From Azolla caroliniana (taxonomy: Eukaryota; Plantae; Polypodiophyta), in contig JBHGNT010000015.1 in assembly GCA_043228905.1 (NCBI GenBank), positions 4,154,001 to 4,218,000 of the forward strand: DNA of 64,000 bases, read 5' to 3'. Shown piece by piece: positions 25,346 through 38,319 of this stretch. Both the position numbers and the translations under genes were made by a program. Numbering within the stretch: position 1 is the first letter of the stretch; each line of letters begins with the position of its first letter. The notes under the pieces were generated by a model. It saw nothing but the letters and a program-made list of their open reading frames with translations. It did not search any database and was not told the origin of the DNA.

Positions 25346-25355
25346 CTAAAAATCC
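25290..25355 (-). promoter_or_regulatory. Candidate -1 ribosomal frameshift signal (slippery site + pseudoknot)
   Basis: GGAUUUU-UAG, 6-nt spacer, stem GGGCUAUC/GAUAGUCC, loop GUGGGG pairing with downstream CCCCAC; -1 frame is continuous with pol; homologues at 8840-8906 and 54909-54974. Confidence 0.75.
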
Positions 25356-27471
25356 TCTTGGCTTTCGCCCCCGAGGGTCTCGCGGTTCCGTTCATGGTTC
25401 GGTCTCACCGTCAGGAACTGGACCGAGTGGCGCCCATCCTGGCTCTTGACCCTTGCATAGGCCGAGCCATTGTCCAGCACCTTGGTCTCCATCCGTGCTG
25501 CCGTGATGTACGGTTCTCCTAGTATAACCGGATGTGAGGACGTCTCCTGCACGAGGAAGTGCTGGTCAATCTCGTCATCGCCGATCTTTACTCGTACATT
25601 CGGGCAGTCTCCATGCAGTTCTTCGGTGGCATGCTTCGTTGCCCGTATTTTCCACCCGTGCTTGGTGTTGATCGGCCATTTCCCCTTCTTGTAGAAGTCC
25701 ATGGAAATCAAATTGATTTCTGAACCGTGGTCCACCAACGCCACCACCGGTTCATGAACATTCCCGATCTTCACGGGGGTCTCCGTGGTCGCTCTAGCCC
25801 AGTGCGGCCTTGAATAGTGGCTCTTCGCCAACTCGTCTTCTAGCGCCATGTCCTCTATGTGCGTCGTTCGCACCTCCACCGCTTCTCCGGTTCCGTCCCC
25901 GTCGACAGCCTCTTCCTCTTCACCAAGTCTACGATGGAGTCGTGGAACTCCTTCTTGGCGATCCCGAGCACTTCCCTCAGCGACAGTTCCACCTTGCTGT
26001 CGAGCACTCACTCTTCCAGGACCTTTCGCAGGTCCATGGATCTTTCGATTTCTGTGCCCAACCAGTACCCGCTCTTCTTGGGATTATCCTTGGCGCCGGT
26101 TACGCCGGCCTCATTCCGTCTTTTCCCGAATCGGGTTTCATATCGTTGCGAGGGCCCGGCCCCTTCGGTTTTCCCTACCCGCTTGTCCTCCACCAGAGCC
26201 TCGTAGTTTTGACAAGCGGCTTCGACGAAGCCCGTCTTTTCTTCCACCGGGTCACTCCACCCGGTTACCTCCCGGACCCGTTTTTCCGCGCGGTCCGCCT
26301 CTTCTTTCCTTAGTCATGCGCCGGCGAGGCCTTCTAGCATCGTTGGCCAGAACCCGGCTTTGTTCGTCTTCGGGGCCTCACCACCTCCGACCCGAATACC
26401 AACCGACGCCAAATAGTGGACGGTCTCCGCGTGACGAGCCGCCGCCTCCTCCATCAGCCTTTTCATACCTCCTCGCCCGACATTCAGGTCCCGGGGCCTT
26501 CGGGTCTCGCTGGCGTGCACCCGACCGTTCCATAGGTACACCACGTTGCTTCTCATCGCCTCGGCGAAGTCCCTGCAGTCCTTCCGGATGTGGCCAACCG
26601 CGTCACACCACATGCACCTGTTTCCAGCCAGAGGTCATCGGTCACGGGCCTTGTCGCCACCATCCCTCCGTGCTTGGGCGATCTGGAGATCTTTTACAAT
26701 CCGCGTCAGTTCCTCCAGAGCTGCTCCCCCGGACGAGCCCTTGACCATGTCGGTCGAAGCCGATCCGGTCTCGAGCCAATCTCGGGTCTCTTCCCTTCGC
26801 GTTGGTGGCATTGGCTCGAGCTTCCTTGCTGTGACAGAGCCCGCCCCTGTTGATCCTTTGTCAACCCATTCCCGTCGTTTGTCGAAACGGCCACAGACCC
26901 TTTTCACCACGGCCCAGTCGGCCGTCAGCCCGTCATCAGTCTCCAATAGGAGGCCTACCTGCTCCCGATCCCGCTCATCAACTGACTTAACAAACAATAG
27001 CACACGGCTTGTGTCCAGAACGGTCCGGTCAAGCACCGAGAGGCGCGCGAAGCGTTCCTCAAACTCCCGGAGGAGCACCGACACGTTCCTTCCTTTCTCG
27101 GGGGTCTCCACCCACTCAATGAAGTCCCGCTTCGAAAGTCGAAGCGCATCTTCAAGCCCGTATTTTTCAAGGAGCCGACCTTCGAACTCCTCCCAGGTCC
27201 GGCTCTCGGCCCGTACCTCGAGCACCTCCGTATTGATACCCGGCATCGCCACTCGAGGGAATCCGGCTAGACGCCTCTCTTCCGGAATGTCCCTCATTAC
27301 CATCTCAGCCCGGTAGGACACCAAGTAGCTCGTGGCATCCTTCCCACTAAACCAGCCAATCGTACCGACAACCACCTCGATAGCCCTATTAAGGGTGTCG
27401 GTGCCTTCGCGCGCACTCACTATACGGTCCACAGCCGAAGCCATGGCTTCTGCAAGGTCCGACCCCCTCAT
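25346..27471 (-). pseudogene. gag: G4 gag-protease
   Basis: ORFs 26635..27471, 26314..26613 (CMWCDAVGHIRKDC knuckle), 25346..26011 (VDHGSEIN). Confidence 0.9.
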
Positions 27472-28198
27472 CTTCTACTCCTCTACCGCCTCTTCACGTC
27501 GGGTTCACCAAATATGTCGCGTTGGTACGAGTGTGTGTGGAGAACAAGGCGGGACCACTAGGGTCTTGGACCGAGGAATAGGTGAGAAGAGGGAGAGAGA
27601 GAGAGAGACGCTCACACACGTATAGACAAAGAAGCGCACGGGGACGCGGCCCAACAACACAGGAGACACGAGTTGAGAACACTAGCGTATGTATATAAAT
27701 ATGTCTATGTATTTGTATGTATGCAAATGACTCGAACGGTTACAGCCGATCAGGTCGGCGAGATGGATGTCGGCGCCTGATCACCCACGCACACAGGAGA
27801 GCAAGATGGAGATTCTGCTGGAAGCACACGGGCGTTCCACGGAGCAGGATCAACCTCCTGAGAACCTGCGCAAAAGAAAGCTATGGAGAACGACAAAGAA
27901 GAAGAGCTCGGTCCCAGTCGACAGCACTTCGTCCCCTTTAGCGCGCGATACCTTCTCTCCCCCGTCTCCCTCTCTTTTATAGCTCAAGGAGGGAGGCCAT
28001 TTCACCCGTTTACATCACATTAATTCTCTGTCCTTTCGGACAGAGATACTCCTCAATTTCCCCTATAGAATATTGCTACCTAGGATTTGACCTTTGTGCC
28101 TACCTATCCACTATACAACAAGGGGCGTGCCCACGTGTAAGGGCCGGTTCACACACACTATACACGGTTTGCGCCTGGGGACGGTTTTCTTCACGACA

Positions 28199-29689
28199 AC
28201 GTCATGTGGTTTGACGCGCCGGAGTTGATGTACCACACCTCGCCCGATATCGGGGTGATCTTCTTCATCGAGTTTGCTTCGTGTCTCGTCACAAAGACTA
28301 ACCCTTTTCCGGATCCTTCGGCGTAGTGCGATCGCTGCCGATTTCCTTTGTCGGTTTGTCCGGACCCAATTCTCTCCGAATCGGCACGCTTTTTCCAGCA
28401 CTGTCTCTCCCTGTGGCCTTTCTTGCCACAGTACCAGCATTCCGCGGCGGATTTCCCTTGCCGGTTCTCATCACCTCGACTCCCCCTATTTCCGGAGGGT
28501 CCAAAATTGTTGTCGGCATCACTTTGGTGCCTTCTTCCTTGATCTCGTCGGCTGCCTCCATTGCACACCGACTCGCCTCGTCCGCCACGACCACGGGGCC
28601 TATCTCCCTCCATGTACAACATCTTGTTGTCGGCAAGCGTGCTCGTCGACGCACCCGCGTGGTTCACCTCTATAAGGAGCATCGATTGTAGATCGAAAAA
28701 CGACGGTGTATTCTCCCATGTACACACAGCAATTCGGAATGCTCCAAACTTCGACGCTAGTCCCCAAATCTGCAACATCTCATCTTCCTCGACATTCACA
28801 TCGATGGAGGCTAAGGAGTCACATATATCTTTGATCTTCGAGGTGTAATCAGCCACCGGCAAATCGCGTTGTCGTAGGTTGCTCAGCTCTTGTCAGAGTT
28901 GAAGCTTCCTGGCTGTAGTGCTTGCGGCGAAAATCTTCTTCAGATTTCCCCAAGCATATTTCAGCGTTTTTGCATCCCGAATGTAGCTTAGGAGCTTTTC
29001 GCCCACACAAGACGTGAAGCAGTACAGTACTCTGCTCGCCGACTATTCCCACACCGGGAAATCTCTATGTGTTGATTCGGGTGTTGTGTCATTTGCTCTG
29101 TCAACATAGCTCCAGTAACCGTGCCCGAGCAGGTACTAGTGCATCTTGTAGGACCAAGACGCGTAGTTGTTTCTGTCGAGCTTCTCCATCCGAAGTGAGC
29201 TAGCCATGCCTCTATCCATCGGTTTTTACCTATTCTTCTTGGTTAGTTTCCCTTTAAAGTTATGTCGGTTGTAGAGGTTCTCAACCCTCGCGCTCTGATA
29301 CCATGTGAAAGAATAGCATGCGGAAGCAATAGGAAACCAAACACAGAAAATACGCAGGTTTAATGGAGATCTTGTATATGCACAGTACGCGAGAGAGACC
29401 GAGAGAGAGAACAAACACAAAAACTCAATTCAAAATAATACTCAATCTGTACATAGGATGTGCTCAGTGAGCACTTTTATACAAGTCCATACGGACTGAC
29501 AGAAGTACTGACACGTACTTCAATGCTCATAAGTGAGCTCTACACTAACTCCCAAAATTATTCGTTACGAGGAATATCATACTAACAGTCTTCCGGTTTA
29601 CACACCGATACGGCCATGTTATGCGTACTGATTTACGCACCCAGTCTACGCATCGTATTAGGCACGAATGTTGAGCTTGTCTCTCAACA
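28199..29689 (-). mobile_element. Ty1/copia family A element (A3): 5' LTR 29304-29689, PBS 29291-29303, gag-PR
   Basis: tggtatcagagcg PBS; ORF 28191..28862 with CWYCGKKGHRERQC and WYINSGASNHM. Confidence 0.9.
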
Positions 29690-30640
29690 GAGAGTACGGC
29701 CGAGAAGCGCGGTCGAGATGCATGGTCGAGACTACAACTGAGACACATGGTCGAAAAGACGGTTGAGACATGCAGCGAAGACGTGCAGTTGAGAGTGCGG
29801 CGCAGATACGCGACCAAGAGTATGGCCGAGTGACAGCCACAAAGACAGCCAAGCAAAACACGAACACATAAGAAGAAAGAAAAGAGGGGTATGAAGAGAA
29901 AATTTCAAAATTTGGAGGGCAGAATACAGAATTTCGAAAATTCAAGGGCAAAAAATAAAATTTCAAAATAATTTTGAGGGTAAAAATTTTAGAGACCAAG
30001 GGTACAAAATATAAAACTCACTTCACATGATGAAAGAAAGAATACATAAATGCACAACACGATTTCACGATCCATGCCACAGTGAACTAGCCGATTGGTG
30101 TATGATCCAATCGAGACTTGTGCTACCCGAACGAGAAGGTTCGAGTCAAGCAAAGCTTCGATCGAAGTTATCGATCGTAGAGAAGTGATCTGGTCGAGGG
30201 ATTTCCAATTGTTGAGACGACCGATGGAGTTCCGGTCGAGAAGAGTTTTCATGGAGAGTAGGTTCACCGTGCAATGCACTGTCCCACAGGCGTGCCATGT
30301 GTTACCCATAAGAATATACGGGGAGGCATAAGGGTATGTGTAATGATGTGGTTTATGTGTATGTGTAAAGTAAATGAGTGTGTGAGGATGAGTACGTACA
30401 CATGCACAATTATGTGCATGTGTACAAGAATGTGTAACGGTCTTATTTATAACAGTCATGTAACCGTTACATTGGATGTATTATATAAACCCCCTATGGG
30501 GTATGTAACGAGATATACATTTTCCCCCTCTCACATTTGTGTCATTTCCTATTTGTCTGTCTCTCTATCTCTCTCCCTATCGTAACCCCCTTGGGAGGGG
30601 GGTGAAGCCATTCTAGGTTTCACCCCCCACCCCGACAACA
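29690..30640. mobile_element. Family R element fragment (R1): non-coding internal region, tRNA-Arg PBS-like site 30281-30297, LTR 30300-30640
   Basis: gtcccacaggcgtgcca-tg-tgttacc...gacaaca; junction almost identical (inverted) to 62664-62692; orientation ambiguous. Confidence 0.75.
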
Positions 30641-30816
30641 GATTCTAGAATGAACATTCGGCCTTCTTTTCGTCCACAAGCTTTGAGTCGGCCTTCCTTC
30701 TCAATAAAACAACCTTTGTGGTTGAAGCGGACTTGCATACCTTATTCCACAATTTGGCTGACTGAGACCAAGTTCTTTGTTAGGGTTGGAACATCCAAGA
30801 TGTTTTTGATGTACGT
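30641..30816 (-). pseudogene. Copia (A-related) pol fragment between protease and integrase
   Basis: Translates YIKNILDVPTLTKNLVSVSQIVE*GMQVRFNHKGCFIEKEGR. Confidence 0.8.
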
Positions 30817-31370
30817 TGTCCGGGATATCGACGGGTATGTGTTGGAATGGGGCGGGACGACTAGGATCTCGGACCAAGGAGTTGACCATTAAAGAAAGGT
30901 TGTATGGATCCATATCTTGACAACTTCACTGGATCGGTGTCCGAACGTGTAATCCGATCCGGATCGATCTCCCGAATGCCAGATGATGAGCACACGGGCT
31001 CCGAGACGTATGTTGTTCCGGAACGGATGTCGGATAGTAGCGATGAGCTCAGGGGCTCACGCTTCCGGAAATGCATGCTCAAACAAGATCATCGTAGAAA
31101 TTAAGCACAAGGATACCCAAAACACATGGGAGAATCAACAAACTAACAATTAATAGAGAAAAAAAAAGAGTACAGTCGGACGAGGCCAGCAAAGGAGGTA
31201 CGAGCTCAACACGCACACACAGACACGAAAAGATGAGCCTCTGGTCGGGAGCACATGGGCTTCCTATGCGAGTAGAGGCCTCACCTTCTTCCCCGAATCA
31301 ATACAAAACGCGAACAGAGGGAACGACAGAGCTCGGATCTCAAACCGATAGCACTTTGTTCCCCCAAAAC

Positions 31371-32513
31371 GTCGCACTTTGTTGTCGTTTGTGCTCGTCA
31401 CCACGTAGGCCCAAACCATGGCCGCGCAAACTTCCAGGTCGACTTGTGCTGGTTGTCTAGGTTGTTGTTGTAGACTAGCACCTAGTTGCATTCCTCGATT
31501 TTCTTCGGTCGGAGAAAGTGACTTCAGTCAAACTGGCCCTTGTTCTTTTCCCGTGCCACCTGCACCTTCGCCTTTGCTTGTTCCACATCCTTCATACTTC
31601 TTTCGAGTTTTCGGATCCACGTCGCTTGCAACTCTGTCCAATTGATTGCCATCCACGAAGAGATCATCCTTTCCACTAGCATCATCGTCTTCTGACCGAA
31701 CATAAGCTCGGCCAGCATGTACCTGGTCACCGAACTGTGCATAGTTCGGTCGGCCAATAAAGCGTAAGGAAGAAGTCTCGGTTAGTTTCTGACCCATCCG
31801 TCGCATGCTCGTACTAACACTTTCACAATCGAGCCATGTCCTCTCTCGACCTTCCCATTCGTTTTCGGATTGTACGCCATCGTGAGGGAAAGATTGAACC
31901 CTAGTCAGTCGAATAGTTCCTCGACTTCCCACGCATCTAGCTCTCGTCGATCGGCCACAATCTTCCCGACGCACCCATACCACCAAATCACATCTTCAAT
32001 CAAGAACCGGCACACAGTTGTGGTCGTCTTGTTCGGAAATGCTCGTCCCTCCACCTAGTTCGTCAGGTCCTCCCGTGCAAGCATCAGGTATCGCATCTGC
32101 CCTACCCCCATCGGCATTATCACTAAATCGACCATCCACTTGAAGTGAATGGTTGGCGGGTAGGTCGAGTGAACTCGTCTCTCGCATGTTGTCTCGAAGT
32201 GGTGCATGTCACGATACATTCCCGGCCACTAGTACTTTTCCTTTAGCTTCTCGAATGTGGCCCACGTTTCCTGGTGTCCGGACCAGGCGACCTCGTGAAA
32301 TTCTGACACCAACACCAACTGGTTCTCCTTCCTTGTCACAACCCGGAGTGGAGTGCCGTTTTACTTCTTTGGATGCCTCCTCAGGAAGAACCGGTATGCT
32401 TTCTTCTGAATCCGACCCGCTTCCTCTTTCATCCATGACGCATCCAGTACCATCGTGCCTAGGAATCTCCTGATCAAAAGCCACTCCCCATCATAGTCAT
32501 TCTCGTAGAACTT
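31371..32513 (-). pseudogene. G6 integrase fragments
   Basis: Collinear with G1 5600-6800 (ADRTMHSSVT, WFGPY region, HFKWMVD). Confidence 0.85.
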
Positions 32514-32830
32514 GCTTAGGTTCCGGATACCGAACTATCCAGACCCCGATCCGGCTTTGCCTTATTCGACTTATCCGGATCCGGTTGAGCTTGCCCACTC
32601 AACACTCCCCCTCAAGCTCAACTTGAGGTCGGATCACTGAGTTACTGAGTCTTCTCGCCTTGCTCATGCTCCTTGAACCATCTAGTTTCCTTCCCATGAC
32701 CCGTCTAGTCCCGCGCACCTCAACCTTCTCGGTCGGCTTGTCTGCTCATAAGGCCCTTCTCAACTCCTTCGTTGTTGAAACTTTGGCGCTTCTCGACCCT
32801 TTGGTTCCTCCATGTCGGTGTCGACTTCTC

Positions 32831-33787
32831 CTACCTCCTCGTCCGTTTGGCCTTCTGTTGATTCAGCTCCTCTGAATCGAACTCCTCTTCAGAATCGGCT
32901 GCCTCCGATTTGTTCCAGATCTTGTCCGAATTGGCTTTCTCCAATTCTTCTTCAACCTTCAGACCCTTCACCACGTCGGACCACATCTGGGTCTTGGCCT
33001 TCTCGTTCCAGTCGGCTCTGTCCTTCTTGACTCTGACACCATCACCGCTTCTTCCAACTTTATTGGATGTGCCGACTTCTTCAGTTGACTCGGCTCCATT
33101 TTTCTTCTTGTCTCCCCCTGCTTCATTTGTTTCCTTCTCTCCAACTGCTCGTCTGGTGCCATTTCCTGCTTTCTTGGTTTCCGTTCCGGTTCCGGTTCTC
33201 CCCCTCACGTGCGGCATGTCGAGATGCTGAATACCAAGCATCTCCGAAAAATGTTGCAACTTGTCGGTTCCAAGGGCCTTGGTGAAGTTGTTGGCCACCT
33301 ACCGATCCGTCTGGACATACCGAAGTTCTACTTCACCACTGAGGATCCACTCACGCACAAAGTGATAATGCACTTCTATGTGCTTCATCCGAGCATGGAA
33401 CGCAGGGTTCTTGGCTAGCTTCATGTTGCTCATGTTGTCACAATAGATCGGGATCGGAGTTGTTACTTCAATCCAGAGGTCTTGTAGCAACCGCCGAAGC
33501 CAAATGGCTTCATAGGTGGCAACAATAGCGGCCCGATACTCAGCCTCAGTGCTTGAAAGAGACACTTTGACTGCTTTTTGCTGCTCCACGCAACAATCAC
33601 GCTACCTAGAGAAAACATGAAACCGGAAGTGGATCGACGATCCGACGCATCACCGGCCCAATCAGCATTTGTATATCCGACTAGCTTCTCGGTTATACCA
33701 TGTTGGTATAACAGTCCCCAGTCCTTAGTGCTGCTAACATACCTCAGTATTCGGTGCACTCATTGAAGGTGCTCCATGGTTGGCTTC
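32831..33787 (-). pseudogene. pol: A4 RNase H plus charged C-terminal extension
   Basis: [36 protein letters not shown], then an E/K-rich tail with WSDVVKGL. Confidence 0.88.
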
Positions 33788-34017
33788 TGTGAGGAATAGT
33801 GCTCGGCCAAAACCGAGTCTTAACCACTCAATGGAAGAAACAGAAAACAGAAATGAGACAATACAAGATGTTAATGTGGAAAACCCTAAAAGGGAAAAAC
33901 CATGGGTGCCCAAAGTCTCCAACTATCACTATGAGAGGAATGATACAGTGGAAGACTCGGAGGCAACGACCTCGAGCTCTATCTTCGCCAACCGGCAGTT
34001 ACAACAGAAAAGCTTTC

Positions 34018-34064
<47 letters not shown>

Positions 34065-37000
34065 GTCCAACAATAATGATAACAACCACTACGTAACACT
34101 ATTTGCCATAGTTATATTTATACTCATATAACTTATGGGCCATTTACAAATATGACCTCCACGTCTAAACATATTTACAAATATGTTCCTATATGTTGGT
34201 TCATACCGGATCCGGCTGAACTGCTTCTGGATCCGTCTGATACGGTATCTAGACCCATTCGGTCCAGTTCCTCCAGTTCTCATTCGAATCCCATCCGGAG
34301 GGACCTGTTTCCCAACAAACTCTGGCATGGGATATCTCGTTAGTTCAATTCGTCTCCAGCATAGGTCCAGCTTATCGACTGAAAACACCTTGGTCAGCAT
34401 GTCTGACCCATTCTCCTCCGTATGGATCTTCATCAACAAGAACTCTTTATCTTCTACCTTCTCTCAGAGCCAGTGATATCTCCTCTGGATGTGCTTGGTC
34501 TGGGAATGGTAGGCCGCGAGGTGGATGGCACTTTGACTATCGTAGTAGAGCCAGAATTCCTCTTATCGAATCCCTAGCTCTTCAATGAAGTCCTTCATCC
34601 AGATTACTTCTTTGCCAGCTTCCACGGTTGCCATGTACTCCGCTTCCGTTATCGACAGTGCAACAAACATCTACAGCCTCAAGTGCCATGATACGACTGC
34701 CCCCTACATATGTCATGACATATCTAGATGTAGACTGGCTAGTATCCGCATCAACTGACATGTCTGAATCGGTGAAGCCTTCCAAAAGGGGTTTACTTGA
34801 GCCAAATCAGAGGCACATACTCGAGGTGCCTTTCAAGTTCCAGAGTATCCACTGACTGCGGTCCAATGTTCTCTTCCCGGATTTCTCATGAACCGGCTGA
34901 CCACTTTGACAACATATCTGATGTTTGGTTGGGTACACACCATTGTGTACATGAAGCTTCCGACGGCAGAGGCATATGGTATCTTCATCATCTCCGACTT
35001 CTCAGTCTTTGACTTTGGGCTTTGTTTCCTAAACTGGCCGACCGGCTTAGCATCCGACATGTTGAATCGTTGGAGTACCTTTGTCACGTACTTCTCCTGT
35101 GAAATCCACAATTGTTTCTTCAATTGGTCCCAGATTATATGCATTCCCAAGATCTGCCTCGCCGGACCCAGATCTTTCATTGAGAAGGGCCGGTTAAAGA
35201 CCTTCTTCAACATTCCCAATTTTGATTTTGTCTGGCCCGACGATCAGCATGTCGTCCACATACAACAAGAGTATTAGGAAACCGCCTCCATCTAATTTCT
35301 TCACGAACACGCAATGCTCGGCCTATGTCTTGTGGTATCCTTGGTTGGTCATGAAGGAGTCAAACTTCTGGTACCATTTCCAGGGAGCTTGCTTCAGTCC
35401 GTATAAGCTCTTCTTCAATCGGCACACCAGGTTCTCCTTCCCTTTCTTGAAGAATCCTTCTGGCTATTGCATTTAGATCTCTCCTTCAATTTCTCCATGT
35501 AGAAACATCGTCTTGACATCTAGTTGCTCTACCTCGAGGTCCATGCTTGTTGTTATGCTCAACACAGTCTGGATGGATGTCATCTTCACGATCGAGGCAA
35601 AGATCTCGTAGAAATCCATTCCTTTCTTCTATTGGAACCCCTTCACCACGATCAGGGCTTTGTATCTCAGTGAATTTCCGGCATCTCCCGGTTTTATCTT
35701 GTACACACACTTGTTCCGGAGTGCTCTCTTTCCTTTTGGTAGCTCCATGAATTCATATGTGTGGTTCTCATGTAGGGAATCCGGTTGGTTCTTCGAATGT
35801 CATCCAACTTCCGGCCAGATGGGTCCGTGTATCTCTGACCAATCTCTGTTGATCGACCCGGAGTCCGCTATCCTCTTCTCTGACTTCCAATTGGCAATAG
35901 TCTTGTCTTCCATGAAGACTATGTCTTGACTCCAGAAGAGCTTCTTTTCGACCAAGTCTCAAACCGGTAGCCAAACTCATCATCACCATATCCAAGGAAT
36001 ATGCATGGTCGGGACTTCGGATCCAATTTCGCTCCCTTGTCCTTTGCAACATGCACGTAGGTGAGACAGCCGAACACCTTCAAATGTAGGTAAGACACGT
36101 CTTACCGATCCATACTCTTTGTGGTGTGTCCCATCCAAGGGTGCTGAGGGTGATCTATTTATCACATACGTCGCAGTCATCAGCTCCTCATCCCAAAAAT
36201 TCTTGGACATCTTAGCATGTGCAAGCATACTCCGGACTCTCTCCATTATGGTCTGGTTCATCCTTTTGGCCAATCCATTCAGCTTTGATGTCTTTGGCAC
36301 GATAAATTCGAGCCGGATTCCCTTCAACCGGCAATACTCCTTGAACTGCCCTCGATATTCGCCTTTGTTATCCGCTCGAACTGCCTTCAGCTTCCAGCTG
36401 GTTTCCCTTTCCACTCTCGCGTGGAATTCCTTGAAGACGAATAATATCGGGTCCTTCGTCTTCAACGGTGAGACCCACAGCTTCTAGTTGTGGTCATCTA
36501 TGAACTTCATGAAGTACTACGATCTAGCATGTGACTTCGTGTCCACTTAGCATACATCGGTATGCACAAGTTCCAGTGGTGCATTCTGTCTCAACGGTGG
36601 TCGGGTTCGGAAGGAGGTTCGATTCTGCTTGTCGGCCAAGCAATCGGTGAACTTCTCAAGATGCACGTCTTTCACCTCCAGAATGAGATTGTTCTTGGCA
36701 AGTTTACGCGTTCCCTTCTGGCTCATGTGCCACAACCTCTTGTGCCACAACTCACCGGCAGTGTCAGATGCCACATTCACTTCTTCCCGGCATACACGAG
36801 CATGCATCAGGTACAACATGTTGATCTTCTGGGCTCAAGTTTCGATCAGGCTTCCTTTGCAAAACTTCATGACTCTGTTCCAGATAATACCCGTGTAGCC
36901 TTCATCATCTAGCCAACTGGCTGATATCAGGTTCAAATGAACCTCCGGAACGTGTTGTACATCTTTCAGCAGCAACTTGCACCCAGTTGAAATCATCAAC

Positions 37001-38276
37001 CACACCTCTCCTATGACCACAATTCGGCATGCACCTTCATTTCCCATCCGGACAGAACCATGATCTTTGGATCTATAAGATGAGAAGCACTTACGGTTGG
37101 GAGTCGGATGCAGCTCCGGAGTCAACTACCCATGTCATCTCATCGTTGACAAGATGCAGCTCATTTTCTTTGGTGATGAGCGGTAGTTCTTCCGCACTTG
37201 TCACGATTGCCGAAGTTCCTTTTTTATCCGAAATCCTCCGGTCCAAACCCTTCTTCGAGTCGGCATTGTCGATTCCTTTCTCCTTTTGGAAGTGTCGGCA
37301 ATCCTTCTGGAACTGCCCCGGCTTTCCGCAATAAAAGCAAGTGGGCCTCCCCCTTGACTTCAACCTCATCCCCGATTTATCCCGGTTCTGGGGACTCCGA
37401 TTCCGGCCTCTTCCCCGGTTATGGTCGTCTTTCGTAACGAAGGCCTTTGGATCAGTTCCGGACTCCCGGTCCTTCTGGTTAGCTTCTTCATCTAGCAAGC
37501 TTGATTTTACCCTTGCTAGGGACAATTTTTTTCCTTCCGGCCTAGCGTTGCCCAAAGTGACAACTAGCACCTCCCAACTATCCGGGAGGGAACCTAGTAG
37601 GAGCAACGCGAGTACCTCTTCAGCTAGAGGTACTTCCAATGAGATTGTTTAGTTTATCAGCCCCTGGAATGCATTCATGTGCTCTGTCATCCTGGATTTG
37701 TCTTGATACTGGAGTCTCACTAACTTCTAGAATACTGAAACCCAATTTACAACATTCTTGCTCTCCAGCATGGTGCCAATTTTCTCCCAGAGCACATGTG
37801 CCTTACTTTCTTCGTTGAAGTTGTTGTACAAGCTCATGTCGATGAAGCATCGAATGCATGCCATCGTCTTCATATGCATTACTTCCCAGGTATTGGCACC
37901 GATCTTGTCAGGTCTTTTGTCCCCGAACTACATCGGTAGCTAGAGATCTTTAACCACGAGCATGTCCCTCATCTTCGACTTCCACACTAGGTAGGTGGAG
38001 CGGGTGAGCTTGAACATGCTTCTGAATGACTCTTCCATTTTGTTGTTTGCTCTTATACCAATTTGTGAGGAATAATTCTCGGCCACAACCGAGTCTTAAC
38101 CACTCAATGGAAGAAACAGAAAACAAAAATAAGACATTACAAGATGTTAACATGGAAAAACCACGGGAGCCCACAGACTCCAACTATCACTATGAGAGAA
38201 ATGATACAGTGGGAGACTTGGAGGAAACGACCTTGAGCTCTGTCTTCGGTAACCGGTGGTTACAACAAAAAAGCTT

Positions 38277-38319
<43 letters not shown>

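Larger units (their letters stand above)
23190..28198 (-). mobile_element. Gypsy family G element (G4), internally deleted (RT/RH lost), likely chimeric
   Basis: LTRs 23190-23842 and 27515-28198, Trp PBS 27493-27510, PPT 23843-23852; flanks ccgt/acgt belong to different hosts. Confidence 0.9.
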
